Assembly (NCBI GenBank): GCA_964291415.2
Contig: OZ219917.1
Span: forward strand, 1,152,001 to 1,216,000
Source of the DNA: Alphaproteobacteria bacterium
GTDB taxonomy: Bacteria > Pseudomonadota > Alphaproteobacteria > SP197
Length of the DNA: 64,000 bases
Direction of reading: 5' to 3'
The notes beneath the pieces were generated by a model. That model did not search any database and was not told the DNA's origin. It saw only the letters and a list, made by a program, of their open reading frames with translations. This document shows positions 29,599-39,393 of the stretch, in pieces (within the stretch, counting starts at the first letter, position 1; every line of letters starts with the position of its first letter). A program made the position numbers and the translations under genes.

Positions 29599-30897
29599 AT
29601 GGCACAGCTTGCGCAGTCGTCTATCCGCCAGAGAGCCGCGAGGGCTCTTCCCGGTGGTACGTTCGGCAACGTCTCCGGAGATCTCGTCATTGCCCGGGGC
29701 AGCGGCAGCCGCGTGTGGGACGATGAAGGCCGCGAGTACATCGACTATCTCATCGGCTCGGGCCCCATGCTCATCGGGCATGCCCATCCCGAGGTCACGA
29801 GCGCGGTGCGCAGCCAGCTCGAAACGGGGACGACGTTCTTTGCCAGCAATCCCGAGGGCATCGCCCTCGCCGAAGCCATCATCGACGCCGTGCCGGCCGC
29901 CGAAAAGGTTCGTTTCACGAGTACGGGCTCGGAAGCCGACGCCTTTGCCATGCGCCTTGCCCGTGCCCATACGGGACGCCCGAAAATTCTCAAGTTCGAG
30001 GGCGGCTACCACGGCTACAGCGACTACGCACTGATGAGCCTCGCGCCGAAAACGTCCGGAAACTCTCCCCGCCCGATTCCCGATTCCGCGGGCATTCCCG
30101 ACACGGTGAGGGACACGATCCTTGTGGCGCCGTTCAACGATGCAGGTGCGGTGGAAAGTCTCTTGAGGGAGTACGGATCCGAGATCGCGGCGGTGTTCCT
30201 CGAGCCGATGCAGCGCCTCATCCCGCCGCAACCGGATTTCCTTGCCGCCTTGCGGAACCTGACGCGAGAACACGATGTGCTCCTCGTGTTCGACGAGGTG
30301 GTCACGGGATTCCGGCTGGGCATGGGCGGCGCCCAGGAATACTACGGAGTCGTTCCGGACCTCTGTACGCTCGGCAAGGTGATCGGGGGCGGCTTCCCGC
30401 TTGCAGCCATTGCAGGACGCGAGGACATCATGGCCGCCTTTGACAGCGAGCAGGCCGGCGCCGGGCGGTTCGTGCCGCAGGTCGGCACGCTCTCCGGCAA
30501 TCCCGTGGCGGCCATGGCCGGCCTTGCAACGCTCGGCGTCCTGTCGCGTCCCGGCGTCTTTGAGCGACTCTTCGACACGGGCCGCCGCCTGATGGCGGCC
30601 CTCGAGAGGATCCTGGCTGACAACGGGATCGATGCCCGGGTGGTCGGCGAACCTCCTCTGTTCGATGTCGTCTTCACCCATGGCGCCGTCAGCAATCACC
30701 GCGACATGCTGGCTGCCAACGCCGCGATGCTGAAGCGATTCAACGCTCTCCTCATGGAGAATGGCGTTCTCAAGGCGGATTCCAAGATCTACGTTTCCAC
30801 GGCCATCGACGACGAGGACATCACCCGTACGATTGCCGCAATGGAAGACGCCATCGGCCGCCTTGCCCGGGAATGTCACGCCGGTTACGTGTCATGA
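29599..30897 (+). CDS. Class III PLP aminotransferase (GSA aminomutase-like)
   Basis: TGSEA, FEGGYHG, FDEVVTGFR, TLGKVIGGG, GTLSGNP. Confidence 0.92.
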   Translation: MAQLAQSSIRQRAARALPGGTFGNVSGDLVIARGSGSRVWDDEGREYIDYLIGSGPMLIGHAHPEVTSAVRSQLETGTTFFASNPEGIALAEAIIDAVPAAEKVRFTSTGSEADAFAMRLARAHTGRPKILKFEGGYHGYSDYALMSLAPKTSGNSPRPIPDSAGIPDTVRDTILVAPFNDAGAVESLLREYGSEIAAVFLEPMQRLIPPQPDFLAALRNLTREHDVLLVFDEVVTGFRLGMGGAQEYYGVVPDLCTLGKVIGGGFPLAAIAGREDIMAAFDSEQAGAGRFVPQVGTLSGNPVAAMAGLATLGVLSRPGVFERLFDTGRRLMAALERILADNGIDARVVGEPPLFDVVFTHGAVSNHRDMLAANAAMLKRFNALLMENGVLKADSKIYVSTAIDDEDITRTIAAMEDAIGRLARECHAGYVS

Positions 30898-32024
30898 CGG
30901 ATGTCAGTGTCGATGCCTCCGGGACATTCCTGATCCTGGGGTCCAGGCGCTTTCACGCCATCTGGCTGCGCGACAATGCGGCCGATCCCGAGACCCGTGA
31001 CCCCGGCAATGGTCAGAGGCTGATTGCACTGGGCGCCATCCCGTCCAATCTCCGCATTGCCTCCGCGGCCGTCAGCAACACCACACTCATGGTCAACTTC
31101 GCCCCGGAGATGAGGACGATCGCCTTCGACTTGTCCTGGCTCGAGCGGAATGCCTACGACCGGACGGGAGTTGACGGGCGTGGCTGGACGGATCCGGCAA
31201 TCACCATGTGGACCGGCGCCCGGCTGGGCGAGGCGCCGGTCGCGGACCTTGGGGATCTTGAGATGCGCGGCGCTGCGCTGCGCGACTGGCTTGGCCACGT
31301 CCGGCGCTATGGTGTGGCGCGGGTGATCAACGGGCCGGCGGCGCCCGGAGCGCTCTTTCGCATCGTCGATCTCTTCGGTCACGTGAGGGAGACCAACTAT
31401 GGCCGTCACTTCGACGTTCGCACCCAGGTGAACCCGGTGAATCTTGCCTATACCGGACTCGCCCTTCAGGCCCATACCGACAACCCCTACCGGGACCCGG
31501 TGCCGACGATTCAACTGCTTTACTGTCTCGAGAGTTCGCTTGCCGGCGGCGACAGCATGGTCATCGACGGATTTGCCGCCGTTCGCCGCCTGCAGGACGA
31601 GAATCCGGATCACTTCGATGTGCTTGCCGATCACTGTGCACGCTTCGCCTTTGACGGCGAGGATGGCGTCTCGCTCGCCGCCCGCCGTCCGCTGATCGAA
31701 CTGGCGCCGGACGGAGAACTCAGGTGCGTGCGTTTCAACAACCGGTCCCTGGCGGCCGTGAGGGATGTGCCCTTCGAGCGCATGGCCACGTGGTATGCGG
31801 CCTACCGGCACCTTGGCGACATCGTCGACGACCCGATGATGGCGATTTCGTTCCGCCTGGAACCCGGCGAGTGCTTTGTTGTCGACAACACCCGCGTTCT
31901 TCACGGCCGTACGGCGTGGACAGGCGCCGGCAACCGCTGGCTCCAGGGCTGCTATGCGGACATGGACGGGCTGCGCTCGACACACGAGGCGATGATGCAG
32001 GCAACATCGCGGACGCCGGTCTGA
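30894..32024 (+). CDS. tmpA: TmpA-like / gamma-butyrobetaine hydroxylase-family Fe/2OG dioxygenase
   Basis: WLRDN, NLAYT, HTDNPYRDP, DNTRVLHGR, RWLQGCY; adjacent HD gene. Confidence 0.75.
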   Translation: MTDVSVDASGTFLILGSRRFHAIWLRDNAADPETRDPGNGQRLIALGAIPSNLRIASAAVSNTTLMVNFAPEMRTIAFDLSWLERNAYDRTGVDGRGWTDPAITMWTGARLGEAPVADLGDLEMRGAALRDWLGHVRRYGVARVINGPAAPGALFRIVDLFGHVRETNYGRHFDVRTQVNPVNLAYTGLALQAHTDNPYRDPVPTIQLLYCLESSLAGGDSMVIDGFAAVRRLQDENPDHFDVLADHCARFAFDGEDGVSLAARRPLIELAPDGELRCVRFNNRSLAAVRDVPFERMATWYAAYRHLGDIVDDPMMAISFRLEPGECFVVDNTRVLHGRTAWTGAGNRWLQGCYADMDGLRSTHEAMMQATSRTPV

Positions 32025-32614
32025 TGGCCCAGGCGATCATCGATTGCCTGGCTGCCATCTTCGAAGACGTGGCGGCCGTCGAGTACCTTGGCGAGGACGT
32101 GACGATCGCCGAACACATGCTGCAGAGCGCCACCGTTGCCCAGAGAAGCGGCAGGAAGGAGGCGGTCATCGTCGGAGCGCTGCTTCACGACATCGGCCAT
32201 GTGGCAGGCGATTCCGGGATGTTCTCCATGACCGACATCCGGGACCGTCACCACGAGGTGGCCGGCGCCCGACTGGTGGAGCGTTTCTTTCCCGCCGTCG
32301 TGACCGACTGCATACGCCACCATGTGGCGGCCAAGCGCTACCTCTCGGCTACCAGGCGTGGTTACCTGGAGAGGTTGAGCGACGCGTCGCGCCATTCGCT
32401 TTCCCTCCAGGGCGGCCCGATGGAGGCACACGAGGCCGGGCAGTTTGCCCGACACCCGCACCTCGGCGACATCATCGCCGTACGCCTCCTGGATGACGCC
32501 GGGAAGCGGCCCGGCATGAAGACGCCCGGATTTTCGCATTTCGTCCCGATCATCGAGAGCCTGGTGGAGGAACACCGGCGAAGCCAGAACAAGGAGGCGC
32601 ATGATGCTGCTTGA
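32024..32614 (+). CDS. tmpB: TmpB/PhnZ-like HD oxygenase
   Basis: YLGEDV...EHMLQ, LLHDIGH, HHVAAKRYL, SLSLQGGPM, DDAGK. Confidence 0.75.
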   Translation: MAQAIIDCLAAIFEDVAAVEYLGEDVTIAEHMLQSATVAQRSGRKEAVIVGALLHDIGHVAGDSGMFSMTDIRDRHHEVAGARLVERFFPAVVTDCIRHHVAAKRYLSATRRGYLERLSDASRHSLSLQGGPMEAHEAGQFARHPHLGDIIAVRLLDDAGKRPGMKTPGFSHFVPIIESLVEEHRRSQNKEAHDAA

Positions 32615-32936
32615 CGTGCGAACCTACACCTGCCGTCCCGGCATGCTCAAAAGACACATGGAACTCTATGAGGCGTTCGGCAAGGAACCGCAGACGAGAC
32701 ACCTTGGACAGCCCCTGGCATGGCTGGTCACCGAGACCGGCAATCCCAACCAGTTTGTCCATATCTGGGTCTACGAGAATGCCGGTGACCGCGAGGCGCG
32801 TCGGAAGGCGATGCAGGCGGATCCCGACTGGCAGGACTACCTGGCCCGCAGCGCCGAACTCGGCGCCCTCGAGAGTCAGGAGAACCGGCTCATGACGCCG
32901 GCAGGTTTCTTTCCGCCACCCGTCTGCCGGTCGTGA
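32601..32936 (+). CDS. NIPSNAP family protein
   Basis: RTYTCRPG, NQFVHIWVYE, DPDWQDY. Confidence 0.88.
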   Translation: MMLLDVRTYTCRPGMLKRHMELYEAFGKEPQTRHLGQPLAWLVTETGNPNQFVHIWVYENAGDREARRKAMQADPDWQDYLARSAELGALESQENRLMTPAGFFPPPVCRS

Positions 32937-33628
32937 CCATGCCGGTCATTGCCGGCAATCCGCTGCCTTTTCCACAGGGGGGCGGCCTTGAGCCATCACG
33001 CACGGCGCTTCTCGTCATCGACATGCAGCGGGATTTCTGTGCGGAGAATGGCTACATGCACCGTCTCGGAGCCGACCTGGCGCGCCTGAGACAACCTGTC
33101 GAGCCGATTCGCCGTATCCTCGGCGCGGCGCGCCGGTGCGGGCTCACGATCATTCACACGCGCGAGGGCTATGCTCCGGATCTCTCGGACCTGCAGCCCT
33201 GGAAGGTTGGCGGCGCCGCCAACGAGGCCATCGGCAGCACCGGACCTCTGGGCCGGGCGCTCGTCCGGGGCGAGGAGGGGTGGAACATCATCGACGAACT
33301 CGCTCCGTCGCCCGGCGAGGACGTGTTCGACAAGGCAAGCTACGGGGTCTTCGCAACGACCGCGATCGACGCCGACCTTCGGGCGCGGGACATCCGGGCG
33401 GCGATCCTGGTCGGGCTCACCACCGATTGCTGTGTCACGTCGACCCTGCGCGAGGCCCTGGATCGCGGCATCGAGTGCGTGGTCGTCGAAGACTGCACGG
33501 CCGCGGCAAGCCAGCGGCGACACGATGCGGCCATCGACCTCATCCGCTCGTCCGGTGGCGTCTTCGGAACTCTCGCGAGGAGCGACGCTGTCATCGAGGC
33601 GCTCGAAACGACGCATCGCCGGCGCTGA
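32933..33628 (+). CDS. Cysteine hydrolase (isochorismatase family)
   Basis: ALLVIDMQRDF, HTREG, GLTTDCCV. Confidence 0.9.
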   Translation: MTMPVIAGNPLPFPQGGGLEPSRTALLVIDMQRDFCAENGYMHRLGADLARLRQPVEPIRRILGAARRCGLTIIHTREGYAPDLSDLQPWKVGGAANEAIGSTGPLGRALVRGEEGWNIIDELAPSPGEDVFDKASYGVFATTAIDADLRARDIRAAILVGLTTDCCVTSTLREALDRGIECVVVEDCTAAASQRRHDAAIDLIRSSGGVFGTLARSDAVIEALETTHRRR

Positions 33629-33677
33629 CATTGTCGTCGGCGTCACTTCACGATAGCTTTCCGTCCTGGAGGCTTCC

Positions 33678-33994
33678 ATGGTGACGTTGACACCGCTCGA
33701 TGCGGCCTTCGGAGCGGAGATTCACGGAGTCCGGCTTGCCGACGATTTCGCCGAGCCGGTCATGCGTACCCTGGTGGACGCGCTTCATGCCCATCGCGTG
33801 ATCGTCATCAGGGACCAGGATCTCGACAAGGACCGGTTTCTCCGGTTCGGCAGGCTGTGGGGCGATCCCATCCCCCATGTCCTCGACCACATGCGCATGG
33901 ATGGCTATCCCGAACTCATGACCGTGGGCAACACCGAAGAGCGGGACAGGGACGCCAAGATCCGCAACGGCGCCGCCCTGTGGCACACCGACCA
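33678..33994 (+). pseudogene. TauD/TfdA dioxygenase, 5' half (split by the IME)
   Basis: FGAEIHGV, VIRDQDL, ALWHTD then break. Confidence 0.9.
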
Positions 33995-34124
33995 CGCACC
34001 TTCGGTGCTGAACTAAATTTCAACATACTGAAACAACGACGTTTTCTCTCTCACAACTTCACGCCTGGGACGCCGGAACAAGGCGTTTCCGTGCCCAAGG
34101 TGCAACAGGGAAGGGAGAGAAACC

Positions 34125-35249
34125 ATGGCGACGAGCCGCCTTACGCAACATCGCGTCGACACCCTCAAGCCGGGCGGGAAGACCCGTGACATCCGCGACA
34201 GGGACCTCAAGGGTTTCGGTGTTCGGATCCTGTCTTCGGGGCGCAAGCGTTTCTTCCTGCACCGTCAGGTGGACGGTAGGAGGGTCTGGCATGCCATCGG
34301 TGACGCCGACGACATCACCCTGTCGTGCGCGCGTTCAAGGGCCAAGGCCTTGTTGGCAGCGAGATTGCTTGGCGAAGAAGCGGAGGCAATCGACCACATT
34401 GCCTTCGAGGTCGTAGCCGAGGAAGTCTTCCGCCGCTACGGGCGCCACTGGAAGCCACGCACACTCAGGGTCAATCTCGGATACTACAGAAACCAGATCT
34501 TGCCCTGGTTCAAGGGCATGGCCATTGCCGCCATCACGCGTCCTGATGTTCAGAAGTGGTTCGCCTCGCTTCACTCGACACCGGTGGCTGCCGATCGCTC
34601 GGCACCGGTGCTCTCGGTCATCCTCAGACAGGCCGAGGTCTACGGCTACCGCCCCGAGGGATCCAACCCCTGCAGCGGGATCAGGCGCTATCGCAGGCGG
34701 GGCCGTGAACGATTCCTGACTTCCGACGAGATACGCCGGTTGAGCCGGGTTCTCGACCTGCATCATGAGCGCCATCTTCTTCAGGTATCCATCGTGCGAC
34801 TTCTTCTCCTGACGGGATGCCGCAAATCGGAAATTCTGACGCTCAGCTGGTCCGAATACCGCGAGGGCAAACTTCACCTCTCGGACTCCAAGACCGGACC
34901 GCGCACGGTGTGGCTGTCGTCCGCCGCACGTCGCATCCTCGATGGCCTGCCGCGGTCAGGGCCATGGGCGTTTCCTTCTCCCCTCAAGAACCGCCATCTG
35001 TCGGAGAGCGCGCTTGACGCATTCTGGTGGGGAGTCCGAGGCGAGGCGGCAATCGACGATGTCCATTGTCATGATCTTCGCCACAGTCATGCGTCGGTGG
35101 CCCTCGCTCATGGCGAGACGATCCTCACCATCGGCAGGCTTCTCGGCCACAACGATCCGGCGACCACGCTGAAGTACACGCACCTTGCCGATGCAACCAT
35201 CCACGAGGCTGCCGAAGCTCTCGCACCCATCCTTGCCGGGGAGGACTGA
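34125..35249 (+). CDS. Tyrosine integrase A (Arm domain)
   Basis: RDRDLKGFGVRI, TGCRKSEI, HDLRHSHA, LLGH, KYTH. Confidence 0.93.
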   Translation: MATSRLTQHRVDTLKPGGKTRDIRDRDLKGFGVRILSSGRKRFFLHRQVDGRRVWHAIGDADDITLSCARSRAKALLAARLLGEEAEAIDHIAFEVVAEEVFRRYGRHWKPRTLRVNLGYYRNQILPWFKGMAIAAITRPDVQKWFASLHSTPVAADRSAPVLSVILRQAEVYGYRPEGSNPCSGIRRYRRRGRERFLTSDEIRRLSRVLDLHHERHLLQVSIVRLLLLTGCRKSEILTLSWSEYREGKLHLSDSKTGPRTVWLSSAARRILDGLPRSGPWAFPSPLKNRHLSESALDAFWWGVRGEAAIDDVHCHDLRHSHASVALAHGETILTIGRLLGHNDPATTLKYTHLADATIHEAAEALAPILAGED

Positions 35250-35252
35250 ACC

Positions 35253-36404
35253 ATGCCTCGTAGGATGCGCCTCAGTGATCGCAACGTTGCACGGTTGCGT
35301 CAGGAGGCAGCCGAGTACACGGTCTGGGACACAAGGATGGCTGGTCTCGGTGTGCGTATCCGGCCGTCCGGGCAGCGGGCGTTCATCTATCTCGATAGTG
35401 GCGGTGGATCCTCGAAACGCCGCACCCTCGGTCAGACGATGCTGATGACGGTCGAAAACGCGCGCGCCGAGTGCTTTGCCATCCAGTCCGACGGAATTGA
35501 AGCCCGGGAAACGGTCGCAAAGGTTCCCTTGTTTCGGGAGTTCGTTGCCGGCGTCTGGCGATCAGAATGCTACGAACGTCGAAAGCCCTCTTCCCGCCGC
35601 ACTGCCGACACCATACTTGCAAGCCAGTTGTTGCCGACATTCGGTGACGTGCCACTCGACCGGATCGACCGGCGATCCGTTCACCTCTGGTTTGACCGCT
35701 ACAGCGTCACTGCGCCTGGTGGGGCCAACCGCGCGCTCGACGCCTTGCGTCAGATCATGAACCACGCCAAGGCCCACGGCCATATTGAAACCAATCCTGC
35801 AAGCCGCATCCGCCGTAATCCGGTGCGCAGGCTCAACCGGTTCCTTTCCCGCATCGAAATTCGTCGCCTGCACGCTGAACTGGACCGTTGCGCTGCAGAA
35901 AATCCGTCACGTGCAGCGCAGGCAGACATCGTCCGTCTGCTCGCCTGCACCGGTTGTCGACATGGCGAGATCCGAACCTTGAAATGGCAGGAAGTCGGTG
36001 TCGGTACGCTCGATCTCAGCGACAGCAAGACAGGTCCGAGAACGGTGTATCTCAGCCGCAAGGCACGAGAGATAATCGAGCGCCAGCCACGCACCGGCAG
36101 TCCGTATGTCTTTCCCTCGACGAACGATCCGGCACAGCCCGTTTCGCAGAATCACGCATTCTGGCAACTCGTTCGAACACGTGCCGGGATCGAGGATGTG
36201 CGTCTTCACGACCTTCGTCACACATTCGCCAGCTATGCCGTCATGCAGGGTATTCCGCTGCCGACGGTGGCGCGTCTGCTTGGTCATCGGAAGGTTTCGA
36301 TGACTCTGCGATACGCACACGTTGCTGACCGGGACGTCGAAGCGGCGGCGGAGCGGGTCGGGAAAGCCATGACAGAGATCATGGAATCGGGTGGGGGATC
36401 CTGA
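35253..36404 (+). CDS. Tyrosine integrase B (Arm domain)
   Basis: VWDTRMAGLGVRI, TGCRHGEI, HDLRHTFA, LLGH, RYAH. Confidence 0.93.
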   Translation: MPRRMRLSDRNVARLRQEAAEYTVWDTRMAGLGVRIRPSGQRAFIYLDSGGGSSKRRTLGQTMLMTVENARAECFAIQSDGIEARETVAKVPLFREFVAGVWRSECYERRKPSSRRTADTILASQLLPTFGDVPLDRIDRRSVHLWFDRYSVTAPGGANRALDALRQIMNHAKAHGHIETNPASRIRRNPVRRLNRFLSRIEIRRLHAELDRCAAENPSRAAQADIVRLLACTGCRHGEIRTLKWQEVGVGTLDLSDSKTGPRTVYLSRKAREIIERQPRTGSPYVFPSTNDPAQPVSQNHAFWQLVRTRAGIEDVRLHDLRHTFASYAVMQGIPLPTVARLLGHRKVSMTLRYAHVADRDVEAAAERVGKAMTEIMESGGGS

Positions 36405-36834
36405 GTCGATTTAATCCAATTTCGTTCGTATGCGATGCGGAATGGTTGAGAAGTGGTTCAACGCGTGGTGATGCCATGCGCTCAACCATGGACTTGGCGT
36501 TCGGAGAAATAGCACACTTCAGCGGCTAACGCTCTCGTTCAAGACCGTCAACTGCGACACCGGTGCATGATTCTTCTTCGGTATCAACTGAGCGTGGATC
36601 GCGAGTCGCGTCATGAATGTCCTTCGGACCGCTGTTCAAGTATTGCTTCTATCAATGCGCGTACGTACCGGGGTGGAGGGCTTTGCACGATTGTACCAAC
36701 GGCCGGTTGCACGACGGCACAGAAGCCGGATGCTACGATGTCAAATGCGAAAGCAGGGTCGAGTTCGAGTGAGTCGAACTCACTCTCGGAATGGAAGCCT
36801 GTTTCTAGTACTTCCAGCGGTGCGCCCGAGCGTT

Positions 36835-37800
36835 CTATTCTTCGCTCTTTACCACATAGCCATGGTTTCTTTGCGTGGCCTCAAACGCGCTCTTCCCGAA
36901 CATCGAAACATCGCCCTGCATCGCGCGCAGAGTTTCGCTCTGAGCAGCACGATCGAGGTTTTCCATGTAAGACTCCCTAATCCTTTGCAGTTGTCGTTCC
37001 GAAATCTGCGAGTAGCCGTCTGCCGCCAGTCGGGCGCGTCCGAACATGAAGTCGCGCACATCCGACGGCAACTCGATGTCGTGTTGTCCTAACTGTCCGT
37101 GCCGAACGTGAAGCTTCGTTCCCTTCCAGCGGCGTGGGTAACTCATCCCAATGAATCCAAACAGGACAAATCTCCCCATCTTCGCATATGACATCGCCGA
37201 CTCTCGATCGTGAGCAACATCAACATCGACTGCGCGAGCGAGATATCGGCTGATGTTGCGTGGTAAATTGGCAATCGAGGTGCCTGCAACTATATCAGTT
37301 ACAAACATATGTTGTTCGGGAGGTCCAGGATTGGTCTCATGTCCCAGAAGGAACTGCGACCACTGTCTGAGGGCACCGTTGACGTTCGCCTTGATATGGT
37401 CGGGAAATTCGTCGAGGTAGCCACTGGATGTATACAATCTCAATACCCTCCATGATACGGAGGTCGCGAACTTCAGCATCCATGGACCATAACTGATGCG
37501 GCGAACGCTTCCGCTGTTGAGAGGAGCGAAACAGCTCTCGGCGAACTCTTTCTCCCAGGAAGAGAACAGCTGCTCGCAATCCCTGCACAACATTCGAGGT
37601 TTAAGACCATCCTGGACTCGCCGATTGGGGGATTCGGATGACCGAATATGGCCTGTTGCGGAAGTTCTCCGCAACCATTCGAAGACGAATCTTGGAATGA
37701 TATGGCTCGCTTGCAAGTCGGACGATCCGGCGCACAAGGCGCATCGTTCAAAGTCGAGTCCATTGTTACCGATTGAAGAATATAATTTGTGCAACGTCAT
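36835..37800 (-). CDS. HNH-like Zn-binding protein
   Basis: CALC...SHIIP...LCRDCE pattern. Confidence 0.65.
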   Translation of the reverse strand: MTLHKLYSSIGNNGLDFERCALCAGSSDLQASHIIPRFVFEWLRRTSATGHIRSSESPNRRVQDGLKPRMLCRDCEQLFSSWEKEFAESCFAPLNSGSVRRISYGPWMLKFATSVSWRVLRLYTSSGYLDEFPDHIKANVNGALRQWSQFLLGHETNPGPPEQHMFVTDIVAGTSIANLPRNISRYLARAVDVDVAHDRESAMSYAKMGRFVLFGFIGMSYPRRWKGTKLHVRHGQLGQHDIELPSDVRDFMFGRARLAADGYSQISERQLQRIRESYMENLDRAAQSETLRAMQGDVSMFGKSAFEATQRNHGYVVKSEE

Positions 37801-37967
37801 CTCGCTCGATTTGGTGATCCGGCTTTTGGCACTTCAGTCGATGAGACTGGATTTTGTCGTGCTATCCTCGAGATCCCGATGCTACCGCTAACGGGTTTGA
37901 AGTACCCCGCTGCACACATAGTGGCAAAACACTCACAGTATTCGACAGCCTCGCCCTTCGTTGTACT

Positions 37968-38375
37968 TCAAGATACAGGTTTGATTTTCATATCCCGAAC
38001 GTTCAACGGTACGAAACACTCCAGAGCCCCGCGCTGTGGTTCTCCCAGTGTCGCGGAGACGGATTCGCAATGGACTGCCTGGGGAAACGTGAACTGTTTA
38101 GGCGTGTTCGGCTCTTGATCCATCTGTGATTCGATACTCCGACGAACATGCTCTGGCAACGCCGCGAGAATCAGCGCCAGTGGCGCCGGGCCAAAATCCA
38201 GGGAGAGAGCATGACGTTCACCTGCATACATCGCGTCGACCATTAGCGAATACTGACCCGGGCGGCCGAGTGCATCGAATCCCCATATTGGGAATCCGTA
38301 GAAGTAGTGTTCCATGTGCGGGCTGTCGTAGCCGTCCTTTTTCAATCGCGTTCCGTAATCTGGTCGTAGCGTCAT
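37968..38375 (-). CDS. Hypothetical protein
   Basis: 135-aa ORF with protein-like composition, upstream of the HNH-like gene. Confidence 0.5.
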   Translation of the reverse strand: MTLRPDYGTRLKKDGYDSPHMEHYFYGFPIWGFDALGRPGQYSLMVDAMYAGERHALSLDFGPAPLALILAALPEHVRRSIESQMDQEPNTPKQFTFPQAVHCESVSATLGEPQRGALECFVPLNVRDMKIKPVS

Positions 38376-38879
38376 GGTTCGTGTTCCTTACCCGCGTTTG
38401 AGCGTGCATTGTATTGCGCCCCATGGGGAATTATTCGGGTTTCCACTGAGTTGTGGCCTGATTGAGGATTTACTCCATGCTTACGGAGTGTACGCCGAAG
38501 GACCGCAAGTTTGAAGCTTTGGACGGCGCTGGTTCACCGGTCGTTGCGCCAATGGCCGGATGACTTCGGACAGCGGTGTCTTGTTGGTGTGCGAGGCCGG
38601 TTGCCTGCTCGACATCCCCGCCCCGGTTGCGCCATGTTTTGTCGGTCACCGCATTCTTTGTCTGCCAGGCATGTCCTGGAGACTCTTGATGCTACTCGGA
38701 TGGTAGTGATACGAGGATCTCGACGATCATGGTCGGCTGCCCGAAGACAGCGACCTTGCGTAGACTTGCGGACGTCCGCAGGTGAACGGTGCGATGCCTC
38801 CGCAGGAATGCCGACGGAGTCACGGACTGTCCGCCTCGAGGACACTGAACCGACTGGAGCCGGGTGCCAGGTGACCGGG

Positions 38880-38944
38880 TGCGAGCGGTGTTCCGCTTCG
38901 AGGGCGGCACGACAGTGGACGTAGACCTGGTCGACTGTTGCTGA
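38880..38944 (+). pseudogene. higB: HigB toxin C-terminal remnant
   Basis: VFRFEGGTTVDVDLVD immediately upstream of higA. Confidence 0.55.
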
Positions 38945-38963
38945 CTGGAAAGGACCCCTGACC

Positions 38964-39278
38964 ATGAGCGAGATTGCAGGCGATCGAATCGGCCCCACCC
39001 GGAACCCACCGCACCTTGGCGAACTCATCCGCGAGAGCATGGACGATGTGGGTCGGAACGCAACCGAAACGGCGGCACGGCGTGGCTGCGAGCGCGGAAT
39101 GCTGTCGCGCCTGATGAACGGCAAAGCGGGTGTGTCGGCGAACATGGCGCTGGCGCTGGTGGATATCGGCTGGGGAACTGCCGAGTACTGGATGCGGATG
39201 CAGGCGAGCTTCGAGCTTGCGCAGGTGCGCCAAGGTCGGACTGCCGAAGCGCGACACGCAGGCGCGCTACAGGCATGA
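38964..39278 (+). CDS. higA: HigA antitoxin (XRE HTH)
   Basis: NPPHLGELIRE, LSRLMNGKAGVSANMALAL, TAEYWMRMQASFEL. Confidence 0.85.
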   Translation: MSEIAGDRIGPTRNPPHLGELIRESMDDVGRNATETAARRGCERGMLSRLMNGKAGVSANMALALVDIGWGTAEYWMRMQASFELAQVRQGRTAEARHAGALQA

Positions 39279-39393
39279 TCGAGACTCGCGCCGGGGCGGA
39301 CGACCGGGGCACTGTCCGGGCGGCTGTCCTTCATCAGGTTTCGGCCAACGGCACGCCGTCCGGGGCGCGGCGCAGAGCGGGCGGTATAGCCTG

